The notes: generated by a model from the sequence alone, not told the origin. A stretch of DNA of 64,000 nt from Octopus sinensis (GCF_006345805.1 NC_042997.1:7130001-7194000), one strand, 5' to 3'. Shown: positions 1 through 14,490, counted from the stretch's first letter. Made by a program: numbers and translations.

Positions 1-364
1 GCTATAAAGTCATGAATTATTGTCCTCAGCATATTGTTGCTAATGACCAGCTACAGAAATAAATCAATAATATTTAGTTGATAATATTGCGATTTATTGA
101 AATAAAATTTTATCATTTTCGTGGATTACTGCTAATTATTTCGTCACAGAAATGCATCCATTTATCTTATAATGCTAGCAACTATGACACATTAGGTGGT
201 TTTCGATAGTGCATTTCAACACGTGACTGAAACAAAACCTTAATCTATTTCAATTCTTTTCATGTTAATGAACCTACGAGGCCTCATGTGATATTAAAAC
301 TACTCTTCCATGTGATACATCAATATAAACTTTCAAATTTTAGAATCGGGTCAGATATTTTTAG

Positions 365-525
365 TGAATGGACTCCAGTGCTCAACTGGTACTAATTTTA
401 TCGAGTCCGAAAGTATTGAAGGCAAATATGATCGCGGCTCAATTCGAACGTAGATCGCAAAGACGAACGAAAGGCCGCTAGCATTTCGCTAGGTGTGCTT
501 ATCATTCTGCTAGCTCAACTCCTTA
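365..525 (-). mobile_element. SINE family A (octopus OK-like), degenerate copy
   Basis: Reverse complement aligns by eye with the copies at 40620-40845 and 53925-54125 (gagctagcagaa...ctcgataaaattagtaccagttgagcactgg). Confidence 0.7.
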
Positions 526-567
526 AAATGCGTGTATTTATAAGAACACATATTCCCGTCGGATCCC

Positions 568-1504
568 ATTACGATCGGGAGCATTTTCGAAAAGAATTAG
601 TTGCTTCACTTTTTACAATTAATCCTTACTAATTTGATGGTGTTGGGTTATTTTCTATCACGTCGTGTTTTTGATAAGCAGAAATTAATTTCTTTTTACC
701 AAAAATTGTCAGTTTTGCCATTAAATACAATACTGAAATAAGAAACTAACACAAACCAAACGGTACTTTTTATTGCTTAACAAGTATATTACACAAAATG
801 TTTACTTATCTCAGAATAGAAATTTCTGTCAAACTGGAGTTTCAGCTATTCATGAAATGAATTTTCCCGTTGCTGCTTTACGTGAATAAATTGCATCTTG
901 ACAGTCTCTTTTCAGTGACCAGCAGTAGACGGCATCATATTGGTGTTCCACCTGCTGGATACCATGTCTCCATGTACTTATGTGGAATCTTTATCGTTGC
1001 TCATCACGTATTGTCCTATGATGTCTTCGGAAGTAGTCCAGATGACTATTCGAGAAAAGCACATTTACACTCATGTTACATCCCAGTGTTCGAAAACTGG
1101 TTAATATGGTTTTCCGAAATTCCTCATAATTTGATGGCTTTCTTTTTCCCAGGAAACCAGACACAACTGTATCAAATGCACTCCATGCTTCTTTTCGTCC
1201 TGCAATAGTCACCTAATATATGGTCCTACAAACACACCAACATTAATTTTCTCCGAAGACAAAATTGGAAATTCCTGCTTAATTATTCCAAGCAATTACT
1301 GTCTCAGTGCTTAAACACTTGTTTTGTGCAATATATAGAGTGCCCAGACTTGTCCCCCGCTTTCATACTAAAGTAAGTACGGTAATCTTTCTTTACACAT
1401 TGTCTGATTTTATATAAAATATAGACGTGATAGAACAAAATAGATTTCAGAATTAGTAGAAAACATGTCTCCAACATCAGACAAATATATCCTGTTCCCC
1501 AGTG
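568..1504 (-). mobile_element. Chapaev-3-like (CMC) DNA transposon remnant, internally deleted
   Basis: Minus-strand peptide EAWSAF..VVSGFLG..LGCNMS..SHLDYF..DEQ..RFH..RWN..M..YCWSLKRD (~895-1212) matches the recalled Chapaev-3 transposase C-terminus. CACTG terminus at 1504. Perfect 12-bp inverted subterminal motif ttctatcacgtc (653-664) / gacgtgatagaa (1424-1435). Left end approximate. Confidence 0.6.
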
Positions 1505-2569
1505 TTATCTAAAGCTGGCGCATGAACTTATCCAGCAATGTAATACATTTATGTGATACAAAATAAAATAAATGTATTCATGCTTCTTGGCCAGGTTATC
1601 TGGAATGTTGTTTGCTTTGATATTCCAGTTGTAGCTGCAGGAAAGTTTTAGATCTTGTCAAAAGTGTGTAATTCCACTAATCTGGAAAAATTGAGTATTC
1701 ATATTTTAATTTAGTAATTACATTATATATATTTATGTAAGTGAATCTTTATATTCATTAGTTTATTAAGTTTTCGATGCTAAATTATCTATCATGCATT
1801 TTATTCCGTTTTCCTGTAAGGTGTAATCTGGTACAAAATTTAGAATGTACCTGTTAAATTTCAAAAAATTGCATGTATTCTTTAGTAAATTGAATTTCAT
1901 TAATCTGCATCGATGATGACTTCTATTTTCTTTTTTTTTTAGATAATAACAAAAAGATCCAATAATCAAACAATATACATTACACTATCCATGAATGTAA
2001 GTCAATGTATCGATGAGAAAAGAAGAAAACGGTGTAAGCGTTAGAGAATAAAGGAAACATATGAGGATGTTTAAAACTCAATGGAAGATGAAGAATTTTG
2101 TGTCTATGAGAAAATAACCATATCCTGGATTATCATATATATATGCACACACAATAATACATTACCACAAAAAGACGCACACACGCACACACACATATAC
2201 GTGCATGCACCTGCACACACATACATCCGAGCATGCATATATATATATATATAGCATGGAAATTCCTACTTTCTAAAAGGTGTGTAACACCGTAACAGTT
2301 CAAACATCTCATCCCCATCATTATTCACTGTGAAGACAAAGTATCTTGTAACTTTAGCAGAGTTCCGAATCTGCTTATTACTAAACCATATGAAAAAACA
2401 TCTAATGATTACATAACGAAACAAGGAACAAAGTAATTTTATAAACATACTCGAAACCTATACATTTATATGTGTATATATTATGATTTCATATATAAAT
2501 ATATATGTGTTTGTATGTATATACATGTATGTATGTAGATATGTATGTATATATTTATATATATATATA

Positions 2570-2606
<37 letters not shown>

Positions 2607-3699
2607 GCATTTATATATGTATAAATGCAGATTTCCACACGAACATATATATATATATATCTGGAGAATCGCATGGAAAAGAAAAATTAGTCATATGCAA
2701 GTTTCAATGTGTGCTATACTATCTCTTTTTTTCTGTAAACTAATGAGCGATTTCATAATCGGAAGTATAAATATTACGGTTTGTAAAGAAACACAATGCA
2801 CTCACTAAGAAATTTGTGTATAAATACAAAAATGAATGTAACTTTTGAATACTTATTCATGGTAAACTTTTTGTACCAGTTCTCAAAGAAACAATCTCTA
2901 TAAACGTGTTCCTGATAATCGTGACATGTAAAATAAATATCTAAATAAGTAAATATGCAGCTAATCATATATGTGCACTAAAGAAGAGAGAATGTAAAAA
3001 ACCGTGGATAAATGAAGAATAAAATGCTATGTAATTAAAGCTAGAATAATATAGCTCTGTGTTTCCTTGTAATTAAGTGCTGCTAAATTAAGAATTGCCC
3101 AGAAAAAGCTGGAAACACTAATTAAAAATAAAAGTAAAAGATTACTCTATATTGTCACTAAAATAATTAAAGAGAAAATTGTAGAAATGATTAGAATGAT
3201 AATGATAATGACTCAGGTATCCTAAACTTGGCGAAATTAATTATAAAAAAATAAATAATTAAAACAGAAATGCTTCTGTTAAGAATAATATTAACAACAA
3301 ATGCAATATTAATAAATCTAATGATGTGTAATTAATTATATATGGGTATAGAAATATAAATGGTTGTAATATTAAGGTATATGAAATGTTGCGTCGATGT
3401 CCTATTATGCGATTTTTAACAAATGGATAACTAAGAAAGGCACATGTGAGTAGTAGAAAATTAACACAATATATGAACAAAAAACTGAGCAAGAAAGCAA
3501 ATATGAGAATGAGTGCTGTATACAATGGAGGTAAACTGAAACTTTCAGTTCGTGTAAAATCCTGAAAACTGACGAAGAAGTTTATTTGCTGAGAACTGTA
3601 ATATTGCAAAACATGAATAAATCAATGAGTTGAAGAAATTAAATATTGTAAAAAGTTATCAATAAAAAATATTATAATTGAAGGCAGACGTAAGTAAAG

Positions 3700-3864
3700 A
3701 TTATCATTTACATTATTTACATTCGACGGATATTTGTTCTTTGTTTGTTGTTAACGCTTCGGCTGATGTTCCCTCCAGCCATCATCGTCATTATTATTCC
3801 TGGGTAAGATTTCGGACCTGGGTTCTCATTTCTAAGGTATTTTTCGATGTTCTTCTTCTTCGTC

Positions 3865-3900
<36 letters not shown>

Positions 3901-3908
3901 TATTATTA

Positions 3909-3943
<35 letters not shown>

Positions 3944-4140
3944 CATTATTATTATTATTATTATCATTATTATTATTATTATTATATTATTATTATTATT
4001 ATTATTATTATTATCATTATTATTATTATTTTATTATTATTATTATTATTATTATCATTATTATTATTGTGTTTTTTAGGTCACTGCTTCGAATCGAATC
4101 TTGGGGTTAGTAGCCCGCGCTCTTACCCACTACACCATAA
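3700..4140 (-). mobile_element. tRNA-headed short element with internal (ATA)n and hammerhead-like tail
   Basis: Minus strand reads tatggtgtagtgggtaagagcgcgggctactaacc..gattcgattc (A and B boxes), then (ATA)n, then gagaacccagg..gatgatggctggagggaacatcagccgaagcgttaac, ending tgtaaataatgtaaat. Confidence 0.65.
3865..4068. repeat. (TAT)n microsatellite
   Basis: Direct reading. Confidence 0.95.
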
Positions 4141-4313
4141 GAAGAAGAAGAAGAAGAAAAGAAGAAGAAGAAGAAGAAGAAGAAGAAGAAGAAGAAGAAG
4201 AAGAAGAGAAGAAGAAGAAGAAGAAGAAGAAGAAGAAGAAGAAGAAGAAGAAGAAGAAGAAGAAGAAGAAGAAGAAGAAGAAGAAGAATAGAAGAAGAAA
4301 AAGAAGAAGAAGA
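4140..4313. repeat. (GAA)n microsatellite
   Basis: Direct reading. Confidence 0.95.
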
Positions 4314-4466
4314 ACCCAGTTTCGAAATTTCCCCAAAACAGCTGATGAAGGCTGGAGGGTATCTCAGCCGAAAAATTGTGTTAACAACAAAAATGAGGAC
4401 AAATATCCATTAAATGTAAATAATGTAAATAATGTACATAATTCCTCATCTCTTAAATACAGAACA
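4311..4466 (+). mobile_element. Inverted copy of the tail of the 3700-4140 element with hammerhead-like core
   Basis: CTGATGA-a-ggctg(gagggtatct)cagcc-GAAA at ~4342-4375; the segment is the inverted repeat of ~3700-3828. Confidence 0.6.
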
Positions 4467-4663
4467 AGATTATCATTGACATAATTCCTTTTATTATTTC
4501 TAGATTTTCATTCATACGTCTCCCTAAGAGCATGTAATTGGAGAAGTTTCTAGTTTTTTGTTATGGGTCTATGATGCGGAAATTTCAGTTGTGTTGATAT
4601 TGAAATCAGTGTCATATATACAGCTACATACATACATATACATATACATGTATGTATCTATGT

Positions 4664-4737
<74 letters not shown>

Positions 4738-4765
4738 ACATATATATAAGTAGAGCAAAATTTTA

Positions 4766-4878
4766 GATTCAAATGAATATGGTACTTAATTTAGATGCAC
4801 CAGAATTTTGCATGGTGTTAGCCATAAAAATCCGTGGGGTGATTATAATCAAAATAAGCAACAAGAATGACTCCGGAG
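4766..4878 (-). mobile_element. Fragment of Penelope-like pLTR repeat (same family as 51765-52000)
   Basis: Shares atgaatatggtactta..ggggtgattataatcaaaataagcaacaag with 51771-51865; truncated by the adjacent SINE. Confidence 0.55.
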
Positions 4879-4879
4879 T

Positions 4880-5200
4880 GAAGGAGCATTGCTCAGTGGT
4901 TAGAGCGTCGACCTTACGATCGTGAGTTTGTGAGTTGGAATCCCGGGCCGGGTTTTGTGTTGTGTTCTTGAGCAAGACATTTTATTTCACGTTGCTCAAG
5001 TTTACTCAGCTGTAGAAATGAGTTGCGATGTCACTGGTGCCAAGCCGTATCAACTTTTGCCTTTCTTTTGGATAACAGTGGTGGCGTGGAGAGGGGAGGC
5101 TGGTATGCATGGGCGCCTGCTGGTCTTCCATAAATTCTTCCCGAACTTATGCCTGGGAGGGTAACTTTCTAGGTGCAGTCCCATGGTCAATCATGACCGG
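4880..5200 (+). mobile_element. tRNA-derived SINE family C
   Basis: A box tgctcagtggttagagc, B-box-like gagttggaatccc, central cttgagcaagaca..tttcacgttgctc..actcagctg domain shared with 44966-45240. Confidence 0.8.
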
Positions 5201-5202
5201 CG

Positions 5203-5385
5203 ATTTTCTTTTCCTCTGTTTTCCCTTCTCTGGATCTTTCGCTCTCCTTTGTTTCCGACAAAGAGCTCCGCTCGAAACGTTAAGTCCTCCTTCTTTCCTT
5301 CTTTCCTGAGCGTCAAATTATACTATATTTGTTCCACGTCCTTGCGTTGTTGTGTATTTTTGTGCTTTCTTGTTTGGATTATCCA
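5203..5385 (+). mobile_element. Short Penelope-associated repeat with decayed hammerhead core
   Basis: ccgacaaa-gagc-tcc-gctc-GAAAcgtt at ~5255-5283; 3' part is repeated at 61275-61372; abuts (TA)n. Confidence 0.5.
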
Positions 5386-5388
5386 TAT

Positions 5389-5618
<230 letters not shown>

Positions 5619-8600
5619 AACATTAACACATATATTCGAATATTTATTACATAAGACTGAAACGTACATACTACGTGATTTCAAAACATCACTACATCAC
5701 TTCATTACTAGAAATTATTCGACTTTATGCCTATACAACGAAGGTTGTCTATAATACACTTACGAGGATACTGTAAGAACAATCGAGAGAAGTTTGTTAT
5801 ATTTGACTCGACATTCTTACTGCACTCCTGAGCTTAGCACAAAAAAATGTACATGTATATTATTTTACATCTTTCTGCCCCAAGACACTGCCCATGCATG
5901 CTGGAGCACGACATATATATATATATTATTATATATATATATATAATATATATATATTATATATATATATATAATATATATATATATATATAATATATAT
6001 TATATATTATATATATATGTGTGTGTATGTATGTATGTATGTATGCATGCTTATATCTTAGATTGGTCTAGTCAGTCACAGAGTTTCACCTATAGTGGCT
6101 TATTTTTGCCGACAATTACGACGTACATTCAAATATACATCCATACATACACAAGTAAATGAACACATTTACATATGCATATATAAATTCATAAATGATG
6201 TACTTGCTTGTTTATGCAGGCTTTAGATTTATGTGTTATGTGTTACACAGCATGCACTGATCAATTAAGTGCTTTGTTCCATGTCTCGCGTATATGACCG
6301 CTCAAACATATACATACGATGGTCTTTTGCTTGCTATGATAATGATATTATCGTATAATCATGAATATTATCGATATAGTTTTCCTTTGTAAAGTTAGGC
6401 ATTCTAAATAAATGATTTACTTCCTTGAAACTATTAAATTGCTGAGCTATTTTACAACCCCACTATATTTCTGCTATGGTCGTTATATTGTTCATTTATA
6501 TGTAGGAAGTATAAAAGAAAAAATAATCTCTGTATTAATCTGTCGTCGTTTGTAATATCTAATTCTTTCGTACTTTGACAGCATATATTCAACGTCTATC
6601 ACGAAATACATTGTCCTGGTTGTGTTGCCTGGCGTTTGTTTCTCAGCTTTCTGTAAATTTAGCTCCCTCTTGTAGTTTGTTTTAGTATTATTTTACTCTA
6701 TTTCGTTATCGGTTTTCAGATGTTCACACAATAAATGACAAACACACAGTTACATACTCAATCACACACATACGAATGTGTGGGTGTTTGTTTTCAACTG
6801 TTTGTTCTAGTTCTGCTTTATGATATATAATATAATAAAACCCTGTGTATAACATTGTATTTTAGCGATTAACCAATGGAAATGTATGATGCTTTTAATG
6901 CTGAATATGAAAGATAAAATCATGAATTTTACAGCTTTCATCATTCCATCGGAATTTATAAATTGCTTTAGACATCTGAAGTTCAGTCAGGTGATTACAG
7001 ACATGTGATTTGTTAATATTTTTCTAATGTATTAACAATGCGTGAGTATAATATATTTTGAGTTCTCTTTGATGAATACTTTGATGAGTTCATCTATTCA
7101 ATAGCAAGATTATATTTAATGCAATACTCTTGGTGCATGTATTTCTTTTTAATGTGCCGTGTCTAGCCTGCGTATTGCATCACATTTCTTTGTGTAGTAT
7201 TGAATATTTGGATGTATAATCGTTGTTGGCTGGTACTTTTCTATCTCATTAACCTCTCATTGGAGTGAACATTTGCGAAATACAATATGTACATATTTTT
7301 CTTTTACAAGTTCCAAGTAAAAAGTCTATATACACGGTCACTCTCGCGATTCTCATGAATGGAGAGAAACGTATCTGTTACATTAATGTAGACCTAAAGT
7401 ATATACTAGCTATATATTGTTCTTGCATAAACACATCGAATAATGGTGCTAAATCATTTAAATATTTGGTCAATCATTTCGAGATATCTAGGAGGAAAAT
7501 ATAATTCGGGTAGAAAACTTTATTGCATAATATATACAATTGAATAAGATGTATCAACAGCAAAATTGCAGTTAATTTGCGAAAGAAATTTATTTGCTTT
7601 CACTTTCTTAAGACGAATCTTCTATTTATGTTGATGCAAATAAAACTATAAATTGAGATACCCTAATTTATAGTTTTAAATAGTTATTACCTTTGTATGG
7701 CATTTATTCCCATGCTGGCCGCTTGATAAGATCGATATTTAAATATCTATATTATCCTTATTCATAAGTTATATATATATATATATATATATAAGAGAGA
7801 GAGAGAGAGAGATAAATATATAGATAAATAGATAGACATACAGAGAGACAGATTTATTGATAGGTAAATAGATAGATAGATAGATAGATACGTGAAAAGC
7901 ATTTTTTATTTCCCTTTAAATGACTCGATTGCCGAGAGATTTCCGATTTTATTTAATGCAAGATGTTACAGGCACATCAATGTTTGTCTGTTGGTTTTCC
8001 TGTTTGACGGTTCGGTTCGTTTCCTCAGGCGGTGAAATGAAAAACACCTACATATCACCAACTAGATTATAAATATGGAACAGACATTAACATATTACCA
8101 TATGCCCTTCTTACTGATACGGAGCTATTTATACACTTATTATTTGCTTTCATGCAGATATGTAGGCAATGTCTTAATGGAAGTAAATACATGTCAGATT
8201 GAGCAAGACTATATAGCTATTGTATTTGCAACGATTGTGCAATATAGTTGTCTGGTTAAATATTTCCGTTTAAATAGATACATTTTTTCTCTGAGTGCTG
8301 CCCACTCAATGATTCAGTATAGTGTATATCACAATCCCTAATTCTAGTGAAATTTGAATGGCAAATTTCGCATCAAAGTTTAGTCGATGCTGTCTGAGTG
8401 TAAGTTCAGGTAGGGATTAGTCAATAATTATTAATATTAACAACAAGTAACACCATTACAAGAGAAAATTATAAGATGTCAAACGATGTATAAACATTCT
8501 CGACATTCCTCTGGGATAAATTTTGCCTTCACGTTACATTATACTGTAGGGGAAATATTGTTAGCATTATTATCATTATCATAATTATTATTCTGTTAAC

Positions 8601-8884
8601 TCCTGGAAACTTGCACAAGTAATGAGCTTTCAGCCTAACCACACAGTAACATGCTATTTGTTCCCTTCAAATATCTGATAATTTCCTTGCGATTCTCACA
8701 GTTCCAAGGAGGAATGCACTATGATAGCAGCGCATCATTTCATCACTATGAAGAAATCATTCGTGCAAGTCATTCGGCGAAAAATCTAGACACTGATACG
8801 CCGTCTTCGACGAGTGAGCCCATTATAATCATCATCACCGTTGTCCTCGCCGTTGCCGTTGTCTTTATAATGATCATCATCATG

Positions 8885-11800
8885 ATTCACAGGCTTTGTT
8901 AGAAGTCCTGGAGCCTACGGTAACATGTTATCCCTTCTTTACATCTATCACTTACCTGATTATTCTGGCCGTGCCAAGAGGCAAAACATTTGTAACAGTT
9001 CTACTAGGCACTCTATTGCAATTTCCTTGATATTCCTCTTGATGGTTCCTATTACTTTTCTCAAGGATCCAACAAGAGGTAGCACTATCTTCACCTTCTT
9101 AATTTTCCACAGGCGAGCTATTCCGTACTTGAGAACGTTGAATTTCTTCGACCTCTGCTTGACTATTCGTGGGTCAAAGAGGTATGCAAGATCGACTATT
9201 GAGCACATTTAGGAGCCAAGGGGTATTGAGTGCATATTTTCCAACACCGCTAGGTCCAGTCAGTTATGCCCTAGCACCTGGTTTGATAGGATTGGGAAAT
9301 CGCAGAATATTTTGCTAGTCTCCGACTCCGACATATTTTATGGTTTTGGCTCCATATTATGTCTTGCTTCTCCCTAGCCCCGACTTTTCTCCGTTTCCAA
9401 TGTAGCGCTTTCGCTACCTGATTGTGTCGCTACATCTTGTAGTAGTTTTGGTTCAAGTTTAAAGTATTCATTTGTGATAAAGGCAATGGTTTCATCGACT
9501 CTATTACAGATGCGGTACAGCGGACACACTCATTCCAGAGGTTGATACTCCAGTTCGTGACAAATATTTGGCCTTGTGCGGCTGGTATTGTGCTCTCAGT
9601 CTCAATTTTTAACGTCCCTTTTTCCAGTCAATCCGACCTATATTTTCCTGCAAATTCTGTTGTGGCTACATGGAAATGATATTGTAGTCCCATGACGTGC
9701 AATACTTCTTCCTGTCCTTTTTGTACATCGGTTTTTTTTTTCTTTTTTTCTTTGCACTCAATGTCCCTCGCTCCTAACTGATACTAGCAAGGTTTCCTTA
9801 CTTTTGGCTAGGTATCTCATTAGCTAGTGAGTTCAATACGCACGCAGTCTTCCACACGCATCAGTCCTCTTCCTCCATTTGCTCTGTTCATGTATAGGCG
9901 ATCAGTGTTTGCACGTGGATGATGGGTTCCATTCATCATTATGAGTTTTCTTGACTTCCTCTTTATCTGCTTTAGCTCCTCCTTTGTCTACTTAAGGATT
10001 TCAGGGTCATATCGAACTACTGCGACTGAGCACGAGTTTATTGCCGACACTATGTTTCTGGCATTCAGCTTTGAACCCAATATTTTTCTTACTTGCAGCA
10101 GGTTCTCTCTTTTTCTTTGTTTCCCCTTCATATCGATGTGTCAGATTCCATCTGACTCATGTATTCGCAGGAATTTATAGGTAGATTGAGGTTGAATTGC
10201 CTTCATCATTTCACCACTTGGCAACAATACATCTTCTGTCAATTGCCTTCATTTCACCACTTGGCAACCATAGACCTTTTATCCTGAGAAACCTCCTTTG
10301 TCTCATAACCATCACAGCACATTTTGAGAGTCCACACTCCATCTTAATATCATTGACGAAAATCCGCACATACTTGGATATGCTGTTCAGTTCTGCCTCA
10401 ATGTTTTTGAATAACTTCAATTCGTCCATAAATAGCAAGTGGTTCTGTTTTCCCTTATCTCTTCCCAGATCATACCCCAACTTTGTTTCTGTTGTGTTTC
10501 ATTCAAGTGGATCACTTCCAGCACGCAATATCATATAAGACACACTGTCCCCCTGAAAGATTCCTATCTTAATGTTCACCTCTCCTAATACATGAATTCC
10601 TGCTGATAATTCCGTTCTCCAGCAGTTCATGCTATTCCATATAAGACTTCTCATATTTTCTGCTACTTCATACATTCCCTCGTTCTTATTATCCAGGAGT
10701 GTGGTATTATATCTTGTACTTTACGATAATAAACAGATGCCTTGCTCAGTTTTGTGTGTCTTCTCTTGCAGTTCCTGATAATTAGATGAATGAAGAGCTG
10801 ATCCTTCGTTCCTCGTCTGGTCATTTTTCCCCCTCTCTTTCAATAGGTATCAGCCCACCTTTTTTCAAGTATCTATACAGTTCACTGGCCAAAGCACCTG
10901 GCATTAGTTTTCACATTAGGGGAGGCATGCTATTGGTCTAAAGTTGGATGCATCATTTTCCTTTTCAGCATCCTTAGCACATTAGAATGTCTTTACATCT
11001 GTCCCCCAACTGGGTACTGCACCTTCCTACAAGCACCCATCAAGCTGTTGCACTATCCTGTCATGGAGATCTCTCATCTTTTTCATCCAATTTGGGAATA
11101 TACTTAACTGCTTTTTTATCATTTCTGTAGTTATTTCAAAGTTTTCTTGACCTTCCATATTACTTAACCTAACTTGAATTTTATGTATCCACTCTGTTTC
11201 ATCATTATGCAGTACAGGTTTGTCCCAGAACCCTCCCCAGGGCGTTCTGCATTCATCTGGATCTGGTATCATTACTCATTCCTGAAACTGATTCTTCTGA
11301 TTTGCTTCAAACAATCTGCTTTGCCTGAATTGCTTTGTCCTATTGTCATATCTTTCCAGTTTTGCTTTGATTGCTGCTACTCTTTGATTCAATTCTTCCA
11401 ATATCACATCATGCCCCTTAACTCTTATTCTATATGTTATTTCCACCATTATTCTTATGCTTTCGTTCTGTAGTTCCCCTCTTCTCAATCTTTCAACTTG
11501 GCCTAAATGTCTTTTTAAATTTGTTTTTCAAAAATGCGTCTATGCCAGTATGATTCTTTACTTTTTGTTTGTTCTCTTCTTCTGAATCCAACTCTATCTA
11601 CAGCAACCATTCCTGCAGCCCAAATAATCTTGTTAGTTGCAGTTATATTTCTCGTGTGGTATAGCCTAAGAGCTGAATCCACCTTTCCGGTTTCAAATTT
11701 GAGCTGGCGTTAATAAATATCACAGATTGTGGTGGGGGCTTGATCTTGGTCTTCTCTAATATATCGGCACAACGTCCTCACTACGTCTTTTTTACCATCA

Positions 11801-12385
11801 TAGTATCCTTGCTTCATTTGCTGAGAATGCCTTTAGATTTACACTAAGCACTACCTCTTCGCTGCCGCCATTTACTTCTCTGTTTTTACTGGGCACGTTT
11901 CCTATTGGTGAAGAATTATTTCAAATTTCTACTCCCTTTTTGATCTCTTTAATTTCCACGTCAGATATCCACCCTTTTTTTATTGCTCTTGCTTGGTCAG
12001 CTAACCGTTGCTCACTTATTTCGAACCATCCCCTTTCATTCCATTTTGTTTTCAATTCGTTGTTGGAATCCGTTTCTGCTGGGTTCATTGACGATCCAGC
12101 ATCCAATTATCGTTCGGTTTGCCTCCTTGTCCCATGTTCCTCTCTGCCGCTGGCTTAGAGGACAAACAATCTTTGGATGACGATCGGGCCTGCGCTGCTC
12201 ACCCACAGGGCACCTGCCCGACGAAAGGCTTTCACTTTTGGTTCTAGCCTCATTAACACTGTTATTTCATACATTTGTATTAGACATTTTCACTCAACAT
12301 TTAGTATTGTGTTTTAAGGTTAGCCACCAACAGCTATTTTTATTGAGTCATCATTTCTAGTAAAAGTGTCAACCGAGATTGTCAA
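8885..12385 (-). mobile_element. R4/Dong-clade non-LTR retrotransposon (RT + RLE), near full length, heavily degenerate
   Basis: Minus-strand peptides RQSRLFEANQK, IFQGDS (~10545-10570), NHLLFMDELKLF, GLSKCAVMVM, and C-terminal LKYGIARLWKIKKVKIVLPLVGSL..LLQMFCLL. Flanked by ATC/ATT repeats. Confidence 0.85.
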
Positions 12386-12456
12386 ACAATAATAATTACT
12401 ATTATTATTATTATCAATATTAGTGTTGATGTTTTTTGTCGTCGTCGTTGTTATTA

Positions 12457-12560
12457 AGGCGGCAAGCTGGCAGAAAGTTTACCAGGCCTCACAAAATGCA
12501 TTTCTTTACGTACTAAGTTCAAATTCCGCCGAGGTCAAATTTGTCTGTCAACATTTCTGA
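12457..12560 (+). mobile_element. SINE family A, 5' fragment
   Basis: aaggcggcaagctggcagaa..agttcaaattccgccgaggtc. Confidence 0.75.
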
Positions 12561-12569
12561 ATATAAAAA

Positions 12570-13165
12570 CTTGTCTTCTCTGGAAGTCAAACTCCCAGAG
12601 GATTTCTGCCTTCCCTTTTACGTCAGTTAATTTTTTCGATGCATGTTGGTACCAAGCACCCGTTAACTCGTATCCATATTTCCGGCATAGTAGCCAGAAA
12701 ATGTTTTGGGCTACACTGCCATGTTTATGCTAGTGCGTTTTCTGCGCAGGGCTTTCACAAGCATGAACAATGTGAGTCACTCTTTCGACTCTCTTTCCAC
12801 ACACTCTGCAGATGTTCGTTGCAGTTCTGTCGTATATATCCCTTTTCACTGAGTTTGTATTCAATGCCTGATCCTGAGCAGCGATGATGAGGCTTCCAGT
12901 ATACTTTTTTTAGGTCACTCTTGCTGAGCCACCTCCACGATGCTTCCTGGTCTTTTAAGTTGTTAGCTTCACAGTGGGACTGGCAGTATAATTCATGCGG
13001 AGTAATGTTTCCTCTCACTCGCTGATTATTCCTGATCGGAATTTCTTAGCACTCTGAAATCCATTTTTGGTAAATCTTTCTGCATTAGCAGCATAGAGTA
13101 GCAGATCTCTTTTGCTATTTGCCAAATACTCTGCCATGTCTGTTATTTCACTTTTTTATGCACTC
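12570..13165 (-). mobile_element. R4/Dong-clade LINE fragment (CCHC region)
   Basis: ASWRWLSKSDLKK, AAQDQAL-like and CRVCGK..THIVHAC motifs across frameshifts. Confidence 0.7.
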
Positions 13166-14233
13166 CTATTATTATTGTTGTTGTTGTTGCTGTTGTTGTT
13201 GTTGCTGCTGCTGCTGCTATTGTTGTTGTCGTCGTCGTTATTACTTCAATAATTTTTTTATATCTCACCCGTATGATGGAACTTAGGTTGGTTTACACTT
13301 GGATAACACTTGGTCACAGTCTGTGACCTCAGTGAACCAAAAACTTTCGAGGGGGTCTTCGCCACCCCTAACGAATAGGCCAGATGCCTCTATTTTATGC
13401 GCTTCTGCAAACAATATTTTACAAGTAAACGAAATGATCGTACCAGTAATAGCTTGTTGTTGTTGATGTTTGTCTTCTTTTCGACAATCGGGTATAGAAA
13501 TAAACATTATAGTCTCTATATCAATAAGCTTCTACTATTTTGGCAACATAATCAATAGGAAACCCAACGTAGTAAAACACAACTAAAGTGCCAATCTCAA
13601 ACTACCATGAAGCTCTAGAGCTGTACACACAACAAGTGACATAGACGGCTGGTATCAAATCTAAATTAAATATATTCTACTTGTCTCTATTTACATTTTT
13701 ACATAGCATTCACAAAGCCGAGAGTGAGATTTCTAAAGATGATTAGTACAGCTACATTATATTGCAGTTTTTCTCACTAAATTTGAAGGCATTTTAATCT
13801 TCTACGTTTAGCTAGTCTGAAATTTGCAACATTATCAGGAACAAAATTGGAGCGCTCGTACAATGAATGAACAAATAAAGACATGTAAAAGAAAGAAAGA
13901 GAAAAAATATTAACTGAAATCACGAAGAATCTAATTAGTTGGATTTGTTCATTTCAATGAGTACGAGAGAACACGTTAGTAGTCGCGTCAATGAAAAAAA
14001 AAGTCTGAGCCAAGACTACTATAATGAAATATGGAGTGAGGGAATACATGTGAGGTTCTTAGTTTTACTGGAGGTAATGCTGCGTGTTCAAGCGATATGC
14101 ACGCTGGTAGTTTTCTTTTATGTTCAATTGATATACATCCACTTAAAGACAAAGCTTTTTACACTCATGTATGTTTGCATGCACTGATGTACGTATGTGC
14201 ATGTGTATGTATATATGCACATACGTATACGCA

Positions 14234-14288
<55 letters not shown>

Positions 14289-14456
14289 GTATATGTATAT
14301 ATATATGTGTGTGTATATGTATATATATATATGTGTGTGTATATGTATATATATATATAATATATATATATATATAATAATATATATATATATATATACA
14401 TACATATATATATATACATATACATACATACATACACATATATATATAATATATAT

Positions 14457-14490
<34 letters not shown>

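Noticed and set aside
4880-4952. tRNA gene
   Set aside because: A/B boxes are present but there is no complete cloverleaf, and it continues into a SINE body. The same holds for 4075-4140 and 53263-53335.
8029-8072. Possible terminal exon after a ttcctcag acceptor
   Set aside because: Very short frame with no corroborating evidence.
8600-8630. Hammerhead 3' half GAAActtgcacaagTA
   Set aside because: No upstream CTGANGA or stem II found.
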